This document shows, one piece after another, positions 35,531 through 48,500 of a stretch of DNA of 64,000 nt (the first letter of the stretch is position 1; the number at the start of each line of letters is the position of its first letter). A model generated the notes under the pieces. That model was given only the letters and a program-made list of their open reading frames with translations. It ran no database searches and was not told the origin of the DNA. Position numbers and translations under genes: made by a program. This stretch comes from Podarcis pityusensis (Eukaryota): the NCBI GenBank assembly GCA_964106645.2, contig OZ067046.1, one strand, 5' to 3'.

Positions 35531-35841
35531 CATATATGAAGGTAGTTTTAATTTCAATAATAACCTTAGATTTATCATGAGTTTCATTTCAAAGTCAGAC
35601 TAATGTTACTGTTTATCACAACATACACTATGAATTTTGGCACATCCTTAAATAATAATAAAATACACATCTATGTGATGCAGTTCTTGAAACCCTTTCA
35701 AGTTGAAGAGTAGAACAGATATCTATGAAAAAAATGGCTATATTTCAAATAGTTTTGGAAACAGCAAAAATTTAATAGTTTATGGACTGCTTATATCTCA
35801 TTCATAAGTTTTCGTGATTAAGAGATAATCCATGTTCTTAC

Positions 35842-35999
35842 CTTGAACCCTCGTTGCAATCGGTCTTTCATAATACCAATAAATTCTTTGTAGCTTAGCT
35901 GATCATCTTTGTCTACATCAAAGATCTTGAAGACAGTGCTCACTAAATGCATTGAAAGCTTCAAACCTGTAGCTACATATACTGCACGCTTGAATTCAT
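35842..35999 (-). CDS. MICU3: MICU3 coding exon 13 (DEFKRAVYVATGLKLSMHLVSTVFKIFDVDKDDQLSYKEFIGIMKDRLQRGFK; EF-hand)
   Basis: CCGTAG acceptor, AAG|GTAAGA donor, 158 nt, EF loop DVDKDDQLSYKE. Confidence 0.96.
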
Positions 36000-36684
36000 C
36001 TACGGAAACAAGGAAATTTAGCAGCTAGCCAAACTCATCATGCAACACAGTGATTACCACTACTTATTATTGAAAAAAACTCATTCTCCATCACATATAT
36101 ATATTTGTCAAGAGCACTGTGTTCTAAGTGGCCCCTTATTATAGCTTAGTTGCACAGCTGATCTCTTGAAAAAAAGCAACTGCTAATGCAAATGATAATT
36201 GTGGAGTACAGAATACATCTAATATACATGTATATTTTCATTCATGTGGTTTGAGGTGGTTTGCTGGAGGCTTATAGTGTCTTGTATTATTTGAATTTAT
36301 TCACAAATATACAGTTTGACCATAGGTGGAAGCATGCAGCTTAACTTCTGTGGAGCTGCTGATTTACTGCTACTGTGGCTTTACAAGCATATACATATAT
36401 AAAAAAAAAAGTATATAAATGGTTCATAGATGAGTCTTCCCTACCACACTTGCATATATTTATTAAATGGCAAGAAAACCCTGAGATACAAAGAGGCATT
36501 TTATGTCTCATAGGATTCAAACATGGATAACTGCCATGCAGTACATACATATTTAAAGGATTTGGGAGAGGTCGAACAGGCAGAAAAAGCACAATACTTG
36601 ATGCTCACACAAATATTAAACAAAACAGATTTCTTTTCTTTTAATATTAAAAAAGTATTAACTATTGACATTAAATATTTTTAC

Positions 36685-36793
36685 CTTTTCCTATGGAACG
36701 GTTTGCAAAATTATACATCTGCATTGCAATTGCGAAGTCTTCTAGATTATTCAAAAACTGGAAAAATGATCTGAATTCATCAAATGTAATGCC
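36685..36793 (-). CDS. MICU3: MICU3 coding exon 12 (GITFDEFRSFFQFLNNLEDFAIAMQMYNFANRSIGK)
   Basis: TTCATAG acceptor, G|GTAAAA donor, 109 nt. Confidence 0.95.
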
Positions 36794-39101
36794 CTATGAA
36801 TAAAAGAATACTGACATTAGTACTATAGAAGCAGCAGCAACATTCTTTAATTGTTTGGCAGCAGTTTTGCAGCTGATAATGGAGTCAGCATACAATGGAG
36901 ACAGTTCTATACCTCTCATAGCCCCCTTCCCTGACAAAGTTGCAATCCTGCTTCCACAAACCAAATTGTACTAGTAGAGAAAGAATGCCTCTCTCAGAAG
37001 GAGTCAGGCCTCTCCCATGTGGCCAAACGGACAGAAGCTTTATTGGTAATACCTGTTCCCCACTTACTGGGGAACACCATTTGTGGCATGGCATGGTGAT
37101 GGGAGGAGGGAGCAATTGGCTGTGGGAGCTTCCTGCATGGCTGGGAAGTGCTTTGTGTGTTTTCTAGTCAAGTGGGAAGTTGGGAGTTGAGTGTTGTTTT
37201 ACTGTCAACAAGCCATGATCTGAAGCCGTCACTTATTGTTGGCTTACTCACTCTGGTTTATTTTGCCTATGGCTTGGCATTATGTATGAACCTAGTATCC
37301 TTCCTTAACCAAACTATTTATAAGTTTTGTTACTATCATGTGGTATACACAATTTGTTTGTATGGAAATAAATAAAATAAAAACCATGGTTTGTTTGCCC
37401 ACTCCATCCCGGAAACTCACTAAGCTACAAAGGGACATGGAAACAGCAGCTTGAAACTAAACCAAATTTTGGAGAAACAGGTCATAGTTTGTTTGATCTC
37501 TGGATAACTGATGGTTAAATTTTAGTTTGATAAGCAATCCATGACTTTGTTTTATGTGCATATGATACAGATATGTCCAGAATCCAAAACATGCAGTTAG
37601 GTTTCTTTGCTCTCTAATTCTTTCTCCCATTTCCCTAACTCTGAATATTTGGTCTTTTTTTTAGGTGGGGGTGGGGGTACATGACCCATTTTATTCTTTA
37701 ACAAGTATTTATATTTTTAATGCTTGTTTACACCACTATTATTGTAGCACATTCATGTTTCTTTTTAGTACTGTGCTTTAAGTATATTTGTTGAGTGCCT
37801 TATCTGTGTCATGATACCGAAGCACTTTGGGTGTTTTTCTCCTCCTTTTAACTACCACTAACTGCTAAATGATGCTTACTGCCTCTTTTTTAAGCCCCTC
37901 AAACTAAAATGTCAAGAGTTGAAAAGTGTGATCATTTGAAAATAAGCTGAACTGTTTACAAATAGTTCTAAAACAGTTAAACCTGATCTTTTTGTAAACA
38001 AATAAAAGCGAATGATATCCAAAGCACTCCATGCTTGAAAGAGTCCCTGCAACATCAACCCTATTGGTTTGCACTGATGCATTTAGCTGCCACTATGTCT
38101 CTTTGTTGCTTAAATTTACTCCAGACAACACCTTTGTTTCCTAACAAACAGTTTAGCTAGCAAGGTTATTTGCTTTTGCAACCGCCCAAGTTCTTTGAAA
38201 CGCTCTGTTTAGTCACTTCTAAGAACCACTCACTCCACACTGGCCTTCTACAAATGATCCTGTGTTAAGGAGACTGAAGAACTAGATTAAACGTGTTAAA
38301 AGAGCGTATACCCTAAAGATGGCAAAATTGCACATGGGACTTTGTGGCATTCTATCACAATTAAATAATATGTCATTTAGGATAGATGATGTTGAACATC
38401 ATCTTTTGTAGGTTCAAAAAACCAACAACCTAAACACACTCATTCAATAATATTTATGACAAATTCTACCCATCCCACTAAAAGGTGAGCACTACAAACG
38501 CCAAAGCCCTAACTCGTGACCCTTACAAGTAACAGTCAAAGTCCTGGTTAAACAGAAATGTTTTAGCTTGGTGCCTAAAAGCAAACAATGATGTCCCCAG
38601 GTGTATATCCTAGGGAGAGCATTCCAGAAATGGGGAGTCACTACTGAGAAGCCCCATGCTAAAATTGTTTTACCAAAGACAGCTATCTGGCTACTGAATT
38701 TTGCACTAGCAAAGGCAACACAATGCACACTGCATTGCCACAATCTAACCTAGTACATCTGTAACCCGCTTCAACCACCCCTTTGTACTTTGTAGATGGG
38801 GCTGTTCTGGCTACATAAAGACTCACACTCAATAGTTTACTATTGGTAGAAACGAGTGGGGCACTTCAAAAAATGTTGTTTTTCTTTTCATGGTTCAGCC
38901 ACTCCATCCCATTCCCCCTGGTTTTCTGTCCCAAACAGTCAGCATTCTGTGCCTATTACCATGATCAGTTCTCATTGGGTGTGTGTGCTTTTTTCTCATA
39001 TTGGGACACAGTGGTCTACAGTCCCAACTACTTTAAAATCTTTGATTTCTCCACTGAATTCTATCAGAAGCTGTAACTTTCATCATTTGGTGACTCATCT
39101 A

Positions 39102-39431
39102 CATACCCTCAAACTTTAGTCCAATGAAAATAGAGATGTTGACCCAGTCATTCTGGATGGCTTCCAACATTTTATATATAATAAAAAATAATAAAACATT
39201 AAAGATTAAAAACTTCCCTATACAGGGCTGCCTTCAGATGTCTTCTCTAGGTTGTATAGTTTCTTATCTCATTGACTTGGGGGTTGCATAACTGCATACT
39301 CTCCAACATTTCTCCAATGAAAATAGGGCTGTTCCAAGGAAAAATAGGACATTCTGGGATCAAATCAGAAACTAGGATAGCTTCTGTAAATCTGGGACTG
39401 TCCCTGGGAAATAGGGACAGTTGGAGGATCT
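39102..39431. mobile_element. Unclassified DNA-transposon-like repeat (CATACCCTC...GGGACAGTTGGAGGATCTG) with duplicated left end
   Basis: Inverted termini; the left motif CATAC.CTC.AAC...TCCAATGAAAATAG recurs at ~39295. Confidence 0.55.
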
Positions 39432-40146
39432 GTATCTATATGAACCAGGAAATGACCTGTCTAGACAAGGAAATGGGTCTTCCTACCATTTTTATATCTC
39501 TGTGCATCTTGCTTTGTATTTATCTTTCAGTTACTCATTTCCATTCTCCTTCCCATCTGGTTTTCAGTTTCTTTCCCTCTCAGTCAGTCAGTCAGCATTC
39601 CCTGGGCACTGTGCATGCTTAATCCTCATTGGGCTGTTTTAAAGGTTTCCTCCTTAGGGTTCCCCTGAGGCTGCCAATACCTCCCTCTTGTGTGTAACTG
39701 TTGATGTATGGTCTACATGAGCAATGGCACTCAAATAACTGGACTACAAATAGAATAAAGAAGAATTCTGCTATAATTAGCCATTCTGAGATAATATCAA
39801 AAGCCAGTGAAAGGTGTTGTGTAAAGTATTACTCCTTCCTGCCTATGTGCCCAGGCACCATTCAGATGCAAAATGAACCCAGAATGTCCATGTCCAAAAA
39901 CTCAATGAAAATGAATGAAACCTAAGTGGTTAACAGGACCTGCCCATTTTTCGTTCTCCAAAACTATTTGGGCTATTCCAACCCACCCCTCCTTCCCACA
40001 AATCCCACCTGCTCAACAGAAGGTATCACATTTCAGCACATGTAACTGGAAGTGATTGACATTTTCAGGTAACTGTGCTTTCAATCAGGCTATGATTTTG
40101 TGTATGTGTGTGCGTGCAGATGTTTGGGTCTTTGCTGAAAGCTTAC

Positions 40147-40318
40147 TTGCTCTTCTGGCATGCTGCAGCGTACGTTTTCCAGATAACTTGATGTATTTTC
40201 CACATTTGTATATCTTAAAAGTATATGAGCAAAGTCTTCCTCACTGATGGTAGTCATCCCATTAGAGTATGAAAGAAATTCTATTTCAAGAACTTCAGTT
40301 TGGAGATTATCCATAAAC
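40147..40318 (-). CDS. MICU3: MICU3 coding exon 11 (RFMDNLQTEVLEIEFLSYSNGMTTISEEDFAHILLRYTNVENTSSYLENVRCSMPEEQ)
   Basis: Overlaps ORF 40090..40314; TTCAG acceptor, CAA|GTAAGC donor, 172 nt. Confidence 0.96.
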
Positions 40319-41811
40319 CTGAATTATAAGAGGTATTGATTTAATAATCTTATAACTCCATATGTAGAACCCCGCCCCCTAATATTTCAAACATTTCAAT
40401 TCATGCAAAATTAATAAACTTGCAATTTCAGTAACAGCTGATGGACTTCTTGGTTTGACCTAGTAAAGGAAATTTATCATTGGCAGATCATTTCTGCACA
40501 TACAAAAATATTGTGAAATATATAGAGGTGAGTTGTGGGGCTAAAATGTGAAGCAATGACAATAGAAATATATTTTAATGCCAAGGGCTGCAAGCTTCCA
40601 AAGTTACACGGTTTAGTATTGCACTCTATACATGTCCATTTAAAATGCAGTCCCATTATTTTAAAAAGGTCTTACTATTAGGTAAATACATAGGATTGCA
40701 GCTTAACTCACATTGGTTTCAGTGTGTTTTAAGCTACCTAAATGTGGAAAGGGTTTAAGCCAAGGAAAATAAACACAATGCAACTCTCATCAGAGCCAAT
40801 CCACAGCTCTGCAAGTGCACATGGAGCTGCTGTGTGAACAGGCAGGACAGCTTCATGTGGAGGACAACAAAGCAGCATTTACAGAGCTGTCCCTGTTACT
40901 AGAGCCAATAGTGAAGCCTTTACAAGAAGAATTTTCCCTATCAGACCTTAGAGCACATTGGAGTAATTATGGGGAAAGTAGAAGAAGCTCTAGACTACAA
41001 CTCATGTAATTCCTGACTAATGGTCTTACTGGCTGGGGCTGATGGGAGTCGGAGCCCAACAACACCTGTGGGTGGGTGTGGGACAGGTTCTCACTACTGT
41101 ACCACAGATTTCAATGTCAGAGAGGCAAAGAGATGTTGTTCCTTTTAAGTTTAGAAAGTTACATTATTTCTAAAAGGCACAGAAGTACATGTTTAGCTAC
41201 AGACAGAGGCTGATTATCTGTGAAGGTGGCTTCTCACCTGTCATCTATGTATAAACTTTGTGATCAATTGCAAAGCTCTATAGAGATCCAGTAAAGATAA
41301 TTCTCAACATGGAATTCAGTGCATAAACAAAGGCTCTAATGCAATGGAACTACTGGATCATTCAGACCAAAAAATACAAAATAGATATAAACCCCAAAAT
41401 CAGGATTTACCAGTGGCTGCAGAACTGATTCATATTCACTACAGAAAATAAGACACATAGTATTTTCATATTTTGATCTTCTAAATGGGGTACTAATGTA
41501 TTTCTAAGTACTCCAGAATACTATGCAGAAAACTAAAGGTAACAAAAAGTTGTTTTTAGTTGCTGGGAATCACAAGTGCTCCCTATAGGCATCTGGTTAG
41601 TCACTTTGAAAATAAGATGCTGGATAAGATGGTGGCTCTTCTCAGGTTCTAGGCTATGGAAGCCATAGACTCCAAAGTTTTTTTTAAAAAAACAGAAACT
41701 ACCTTCTAAAAATATTTAAGGATACAGACAATATTATTGGCATGTATGATTTCTAATATGACATATACAAAAGGATTTGTACATATGAAAAGTATTAAAA
41801 GTAAGGCTCAC

Positions 41812-41912
41812 CTATAAAAATCTTCAAAGTTAAGCTCAGCCTTTCCTTTCTTACCAAAAAAGTGTACCAGCAGTGTAGTATCGGATAGTAAACCAGTGAT
41901 GTCATCTGCACG
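41812..41912 (-). CDS. MICU3: MICU3 coding exon 10 (RADDITGLLSDTTLLVHFFGKKGKAELNFEDFY)
   Basis: TTTCAG acceptor, AG|GTGAGC donor, 101 nt. Confidence 0.95.
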
Positions 41913-44464
41913 CTGAAAAACATATTGAGTATATTAATTGCTTAGTGTTGCAAAAGCTTTAGTAACAAAAATAAAATCCACAGAATTTTATCAATGCACT
42001 TTGTTTTAAAAAGATTGCTTCAAGATTAAATGCATCCATGCATCAAATACATATTAAAACTATTTGCAAGATCAGTTAGTAACGTTAGTCAGGTCATACT
42101 TCCCCACACAATATTTTACATTACATTTTAGCCTACCAAACTTAAAAAGTGACATGTTATGATCAAACGTGTTAAATAAAACCAGGGACCGGGGTGAAAT
42201 TAATCAGAATAGTGAAATAATATAGTGAAAATAAGTTGGCACCTTTTAAAAATGATTATGATGATGGAAAGGCAACCATCATTGCAGACGTATTTCTCAT
42301 CCATAGCTTTGTTAATGTCAAAAAAGTGAAGGGAATATTTTGTTGGAGAAAATAATAAGGCAGGCCTACCTCAGGAGCCTGTGCTTTTTTGTTTGTTTTG
42401 TTTGTTTGACAGTGATGTCATTTCTCTGCAAAAATCTGTCCATGCAAAAAATGTCAACAATTCTACTTCCTATGAGGAAAAACCTCAAGTGTGAACAGAG
42501 GAAGAGTGGAATTATAAGAAACTGTTCTATAGTTAAGAATATATATTCACACATTGAGATATTTTAAACCTACAGCTTCTGAAATTGTAATCTAATAGGA
42601 GTAGCAGGTCCTCAATATGAGACCTGACTAGCCGACTTTCAGATTCATATGGTACACAAACCAGATATATTTAAGCAGTATGAAGGATTGTGTATTTTCT
42701 TTTCTATATCTGGACAGCATTATTAACTGTTGCATCTATTTTTTATTGCTTATTTATCAAAATACTGCCCTTCTGAAAATGCAAGCTTGACCTACAGTAC
42801 CAGCTCAAATAATTGGCTCCCAAAGACCTTGCAGCAAGGCTACACTTGATTCATACAAATGACACTGACAGGTGACCATTATATCAATAGCTTCCAAACC
42901 CTCTGAGTACAGTTGATCCTGAAATGGTGCAAATTCAATTTACAAGCACATGACAGATGCACCCCAGGACTTGTATTCTCTAGGTCATCCCAGGTGACCA
43001 AGGGAATTGCTTACATGGTAAAACAATTACAATTTCTATGAATTTTATATATTCATCATTATACTCAATACTCTACAAGTAAACCACCTATATCTACATG
43101 AAAATAATTATACGAATTAGTGGATGAGAAAGAAAAAATGGTTATAAAAGGGCTTAACATGGAGAATAATTTGTTGTGTATGAACTATATCCTAGGGTGG
43201 ATATACAAAGACCAGAAAATTCTTTATTCTAGGCAGCAGTACTCTATCAGGATCTATGCACATACTGAATGAAACCCTTTAATTCTGACTTCCCAAATAA
43301 AATGCTTTCCCTCTTCAATTCCCATAGCCTCAAGTCAGTGTTTATTAATGCATTCATTCCTTTCATTGAAAGAAGTCTAAATGTCTCCTCTTCCTCAAAT
43401 GTCTTCCTTGTCAGTCTCACATAAATATGAAAATTGCCTTTCGTCTAGCTGGGAGGTCTGTTGATGCACCAAACGGGGCTTAAACCCATCAGCAAGTAAG
43501 ACACAGAGCTAATGTCAGATGAATTTTCAACTTGCAGTGGGGATTCTGTGCCTTCAATAGATAATGTAGAAAATGGAATCTTGGCAGGCACAACCCCTCA
43601 TGCAACAGTATGAACAATTGCCCATGCCTAATCCCAACTTCATGTCTACTAAAATTAGCTGTGCCCAAATAATCATAAATGGAAGCTATTCCAATGTACA
43701 ATGGTTGTTACCAGGCAGAGCTGTTCCTTTAATCCACAGGTAGGCAACAAGCAGCTCCCAGTTGCATTTTATGTTGTCCCTCAATTTTTTATGATGCTGT
43801 CCCATTCCATCCTTACAGTGTTTTCTGCTTCCAGTTGGTTTCCTCTGTATTTTTCCTGGGTTTTTATAATTTCATCCCACTTTTGCTATGTAAGGAGCAG
43901 CATTCTAAGTTAGCTAATTTATAACACTTTTGTTTCTGGCTCCATATACAACCAGCATGTGTCTCTGACAGATTTACCCCAAGGGAATGTACCCTTCAAT
44001 AGAGAAAGGTTGCCCACTTATGCTTTTATGAAACATAAATGTTTATCATCAGATGGTCCATTAAATGGAAAGCACTGAACCTATCTTTACCTTTCAAATG
44101 TAAAAGACTAGTTCTTAAGATAGGCATACTTATAACTGTGAAGTATCTTTTCAAAATACAATATAATACAATAAAATAAAAAGATATCCAATATTCCAAG
44201 AATGAAATAAAACCAATTATTTCACTGTTAGTAAACAAGAAATATGGCAGTTTAAAGTATGTGTCAAATGCATATTTTTCTTATGCAACAAATATAACAA
44301 ATGTAAATACCAAACAAAAACCATGGGGAAAAATAAAAACAACGCAAGGAGGAGGGGTAATTAAAAAGTTTAAAATATTTACAATATACACAATAAAATG
44401 GAATATGAAAAAGAAAACGAAAACTGAAGAACAGCTCATGGACCATACAGAGGTTTTGTTATAC

Positions 44465-44560
44465 CTCTGCAAGGTCCGAAAAGAGTGCCTGGCTTGTGCT
44501 ACGTCTCAGAGTATCCCAATAGCTTCTTGGAACCAGGTCCTCTCCTTCTGTTTTTAGCAC
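44465..44560 (-). CDS. MICU3: MICU3 coding exon 9 (VLKTEGEDLVPRSYWDTLRRSTSQALFSDLAE, 96 nt)
   Basis: TTTGCAG acceptor, GAG|GTATAA donor. Confidence 0.93.
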
Positions 44561-46962
44561 CTGCAAAATTTTCAAGATGCATAGGTTTGGTGGGAAGGGG
44601 TAATAAAGTAATAAAAACCAAGAGCAGCTTATACACTTTTACATCTTTGCTAACTAATCTTCAAAAAGAGAAAGCTCTATGTGATCACCTTCTCCATTTT
44701 TTCTACACAAATAAAAATGCTGTATAACACATAATACATTGCCCTTTTCAAAGCAGCAAAGTCCCTGATAATCACTTTCTTATTCATGATGATGTAATCT
44801 TATTAGGTTGATATTGCCACCTTTAAAAAATATTACGATATAGCTTTGCACATGGGACCTAAACATAGTTTTGTACACATTTTAAAAAAGAATGATTCTC
44901 ATGTGATAAGTTTTCTTCTTCATGTGCCACTAGAATCTTAGACTTTTTTCCCATTCTATTTAAAAAGTTAGTCATGGTTCTCCATTGAAGTAAATGGGAT
45001 TTCAGTCACGACTAATTTGTCTCACTGAACTCTTTCCTAATTGGAGCCTATGAACTCTCTCTTAATTGGAGCAAGTTTGTGAAGTATTACTCTTACTAGA
45101 TTAAAAAGAAGTATGGGGAAGATCCCACCCAATTAAGAATTTTAAGTTCTATTTATTTCAATGGGAAATACTTAAGCACACGCTTAACTATCTCCTACTG
45201 AAATCAGAAGAATTTAGTGACATTTAATTTGGCTGGATTATGCTCGGAGTTTTGATCAGTAGCCAACATATATGAAAAGATAAAAAGAACACCCTCTCTA
45301 TATATTATATAAATATTTCTAGCTACTTTAGATATTTTTCTTCAGGCAAGAAAGCTATCTTTAATTATATGTGAAGAAATAATGTTCTCATGTTGGGTTT
45401 TCTGTAGTGACATGTCAGATGACACAGAGTGAAGCTTACAACGTGCATGTTTGTATACTATGTCATCCTTCTGAAAAGTACCAAAATTATTCAGCTGACA
45501 TTCTGATCCATAAGTATAGTCAGAAATAAGTACCATCAATTTGAACTAAAATTCCAAACACGTGTACTTTAGAAAAGTAGTGCTGGGACTCCAAACTTGC
45601 CAGCAATATTGCATGAAGATTTGTGCTGAAATCCTGGACACAGTTATGTTTTGAGAGGCTGAAGAGGATGGAGTGTGGTAGACAGAGAACTGAAACAAAA
45701 AACCAGGTATTTCCAAGACAAGTCCAGTACTCAGCTCATAGATCCTTCATGAGATAACAACAAGAGGTGTGTGGGGTGGGTGGGTGGGAGTCCATGTTTG
45801 CTGCTATCACAGCTGCCAGTCCTGATCATCTTTAAGTAGTTAATGAAGGGGTCTTTCTCTATACAAAACGATTTTGTGCTTGTGGTTTGGTTGGTTTCTA
45901 AAAAATGTTTCTCGTTATATTAAGGTGAGGGTATTGGCCATTGTGCTGTACTACAGCATCTCTTTCTTCCTCCTTTCCTATGGTTCAAAATGCAGAGGAC
46001 ATGCAGTAGGAAACCACGCCATTAAAGATTTGGTATCTTTTTTCCCCCCCCCAAGGGCCATCATAGCTGTCATTTGAAAACACTATAAATCACACCTCAG
46101 TCTTCCCCTGATGTGAATGGATGTGTCTTATACCCATAAATGCAGCATCCTTAAATGTTATAGTGACAAGATGGGGTAGCATATCTAGAAAGGTGAGAAA
46201 CACATACTATAAACAAGGAAGTGAAATAATTCACAGTAGGCAGAAGGATCAGGGCAGAAGGGAAGATTTTCCATCCTACACTTTGCCTGTACTCACATTC
46301 CTTGCATGTCTCTGTGTTTGCTGTTGGGTCCCTTTGAGAGCTGTCTCCATGGAGATAGTTCTCAGCAGCTGCTGCAATACGAATATTTCAAGGTGGGAAA
46401 TCCCTCACTTTAGCTGGGTTACTTCAACAGCAGGTGTGTATCACCTCCATGGAGACAGCTGTCAGTGGGAGATACTGATGGATGACATTACTGTAAAATA
46501 CACCTTTTTCTGGGATTTCCTGTCTTGAGTAGGATTGCTCAGGTGACGGTGAAGATAGGTCTCACTGGAGACTGTCCTGCGAGTCCATGGAGGCAGCTCT
46601 TAGAAGCACACAGCACCAGGTGTTGACATCTACTTAAGCCTGATTTCCTGGTGCCTATGGTTGCTCAATGGGCAACAGGTTCCTGTGACATCAGCGAGAC
46701 TGATGGAATGGAACTACAGGACACATTACAGTGGTGCAATCTGAACTTGCCAGTAAAAGCTATCCTCTCTTGGGAAGTAGGGGCTCACCAGAACCCAAGA
46801 GCTGCTTGGTCATACAATCTATTTAGCGTAATATTCTGTTTTCTTGTAGTGGTTCTGTCAGATTCCATAGCAAAATTCAGAAGTAGAAACAGTGAAGCGG
46901 TTCAAGGTGACTTGTGATTATGCTGCTGATGTTTGTACCTAAGACCATTTACATTAAATATA

Positions 46963-47605
46963 CAGGGTGATTCATAATGAAGTATAGAGTTTCTAGATGC
47001 TGTAAGACAGTAACAGGTGACAACACGGACCACAACTGTGAACCGTGAGGTAGATGTACTCATAAAGTTTGTGTTCTGCTACTGAGGGAAGTGACATAGG
47101 CGATAACGCACGTGTCATGTGACTAGTCAGGCAAAATGGCTGTGTGTACAGTGGAGAAGGCCTTTTTGTGTTCTTGATTTGAGCAAAACAGAATCTGTAA
47201 CTGTTGTGCGATGGCATTTTCTGAGATTCAGAAAAAAACCTCCAAGCAGAAAATGTATCTATGATTGGCATATTTTTTTTTGAAACTACGGTCTGTTTGT
47301 GCAAACTTAGAAGTCCTGGATGACTGTGTATATCGGAAGAAGTCGTTGATAGTGTTTGCACCGCCATTCAACGAAGCCTGGGAAAATCAAAATGTAGGGT
47401 GAGTCGCGTTTGGGCAGCAACGGATTACCAGTTCGATGTGTGTCATGTGACAAAGGGTGCACACATAGAACATCTGTGACAGTTTATATAAAAAAAAAAA
47501 AACTTGAAACATTCCCCTACAATTCTGTTACAGGTAACATAAGATATATTACATTCTTTTTTTTATAGTGCATTGAAACTGTATACTTTATTATGAATCA
47601 CCCTG
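46963..47605 (+). mobile_element. Internally deleted Tc1/mariner element of the DUF4817-HTH (DD41D/rosa-like) type
   Basis: 31-bp TIR CAGGGTGATTCATAAT(G/A)AAGTATA(G/C)AGTTTC, TA TSD; frameshifted transposase N- and C-termini at 47136..47479. Confidence 0.88.
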
Positions 47606-48359
47606 TAGTGTAGTATATATGTAAGCAGCAGAATGCAGAAATGGTTGGGAAGCCACGTCCAAATTGTTGCATCCATCCCACACCTAATAATGAACGTCCT
47701 TGGCAGATAGTAGCAGTTGTGCTATTCCTGACGGAGGGTGTCCTGAGGAAGAGTTATGTTGACTACAGAGGAAGGGGGTTATGTGTCCCTCAACTACAAA
47801 AGGATGATGAGCAGTTCCCTGATGGCCTTTGGTTCAAGGGATAAGCAGATGCATGTAGCAGGCTGTCAATGCATTTAATATGTGGGGGCGAATATCAGAT
47901 CCTCTAAAGTCTCATTCCTTCCACGTTGACTGATATCATAGAGTTGGGTACAAGGGGAAGTGCTCTTAATGCTGACTCAATCCTCAGAGGCATCATTCAT
48001 ATACTGAGGCAGGAAAAACCATTTGTCACTGCACTCATACAACTTTTGGGTAATGCCAAAGTGGCAAATGAAGGTGTAAGCATTTTCCACAAAAATATCT
48101 TGAGCTCTCTTCTTCTCTTCCAAATCTTTCAGGTGCTGCAGCAGAGGTGGCGGAACCAAGATTCTTCTTTTAAGGGGTGAGGAGAAGATATTGAATGAAT
48201 CTCAAAAGTGGAGAATCTTGTGAACCCAGGAGTGACAGGACCCTGGACATACATCTATGCAGCCATGTGCTGGCAGCTAAACCTAGATATTAATAATTTT
48301 TAAACTTAGATTTCAGGAAATAAACAAGTGTGAAGAAAGACTAGGGGGGAAAAGGTTTC

Positions 48360-48500
48360 TAGAGGAGCAGCCATGTTAGTCTATTGCAGCAAAAACAACC
48401 AAGATTGTTGTGGCACTTTAGAGAGTAACAAATTTATTATGGTTAAAAACTTTGGGAACTTTTGTGAATAAATCTGTTAGCCTTTAAAGTGTCACAAGAA
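48360..48500. mobile_element. Penelope-like terminal-repeat remnant (hairpin)
   Basis: AGCCATGTTAGTCTATTGCAGCAAAAACAAC...TGTGGCACTTTAGAG ... CTTTAAAGTGTCACA. Confidence 0.6.

Noticed and set aside
36880-37560. Repeat-like stretch in MICU3 intron 11
   Set aside because: Probably old TE fragments, but no termini, TSD or family could be established by eye.
42370-42469. Possible extra MICU3 exon (CATAG acceptor, GAG|GTAGGC donor; shares ATGACATCACTG with exon 10)
   Set aside because: 100 nt, in-frame TGA, contains a simple repeat and has no protein similarity; it cannot be distinguished from chance, though a poison exon is not excluded.
45025-45075. Short tandem duplication GAACTCT.TC.TAATTGGAGC x2
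   Set aside because: Ordinary local slippage duplication with no further structure.
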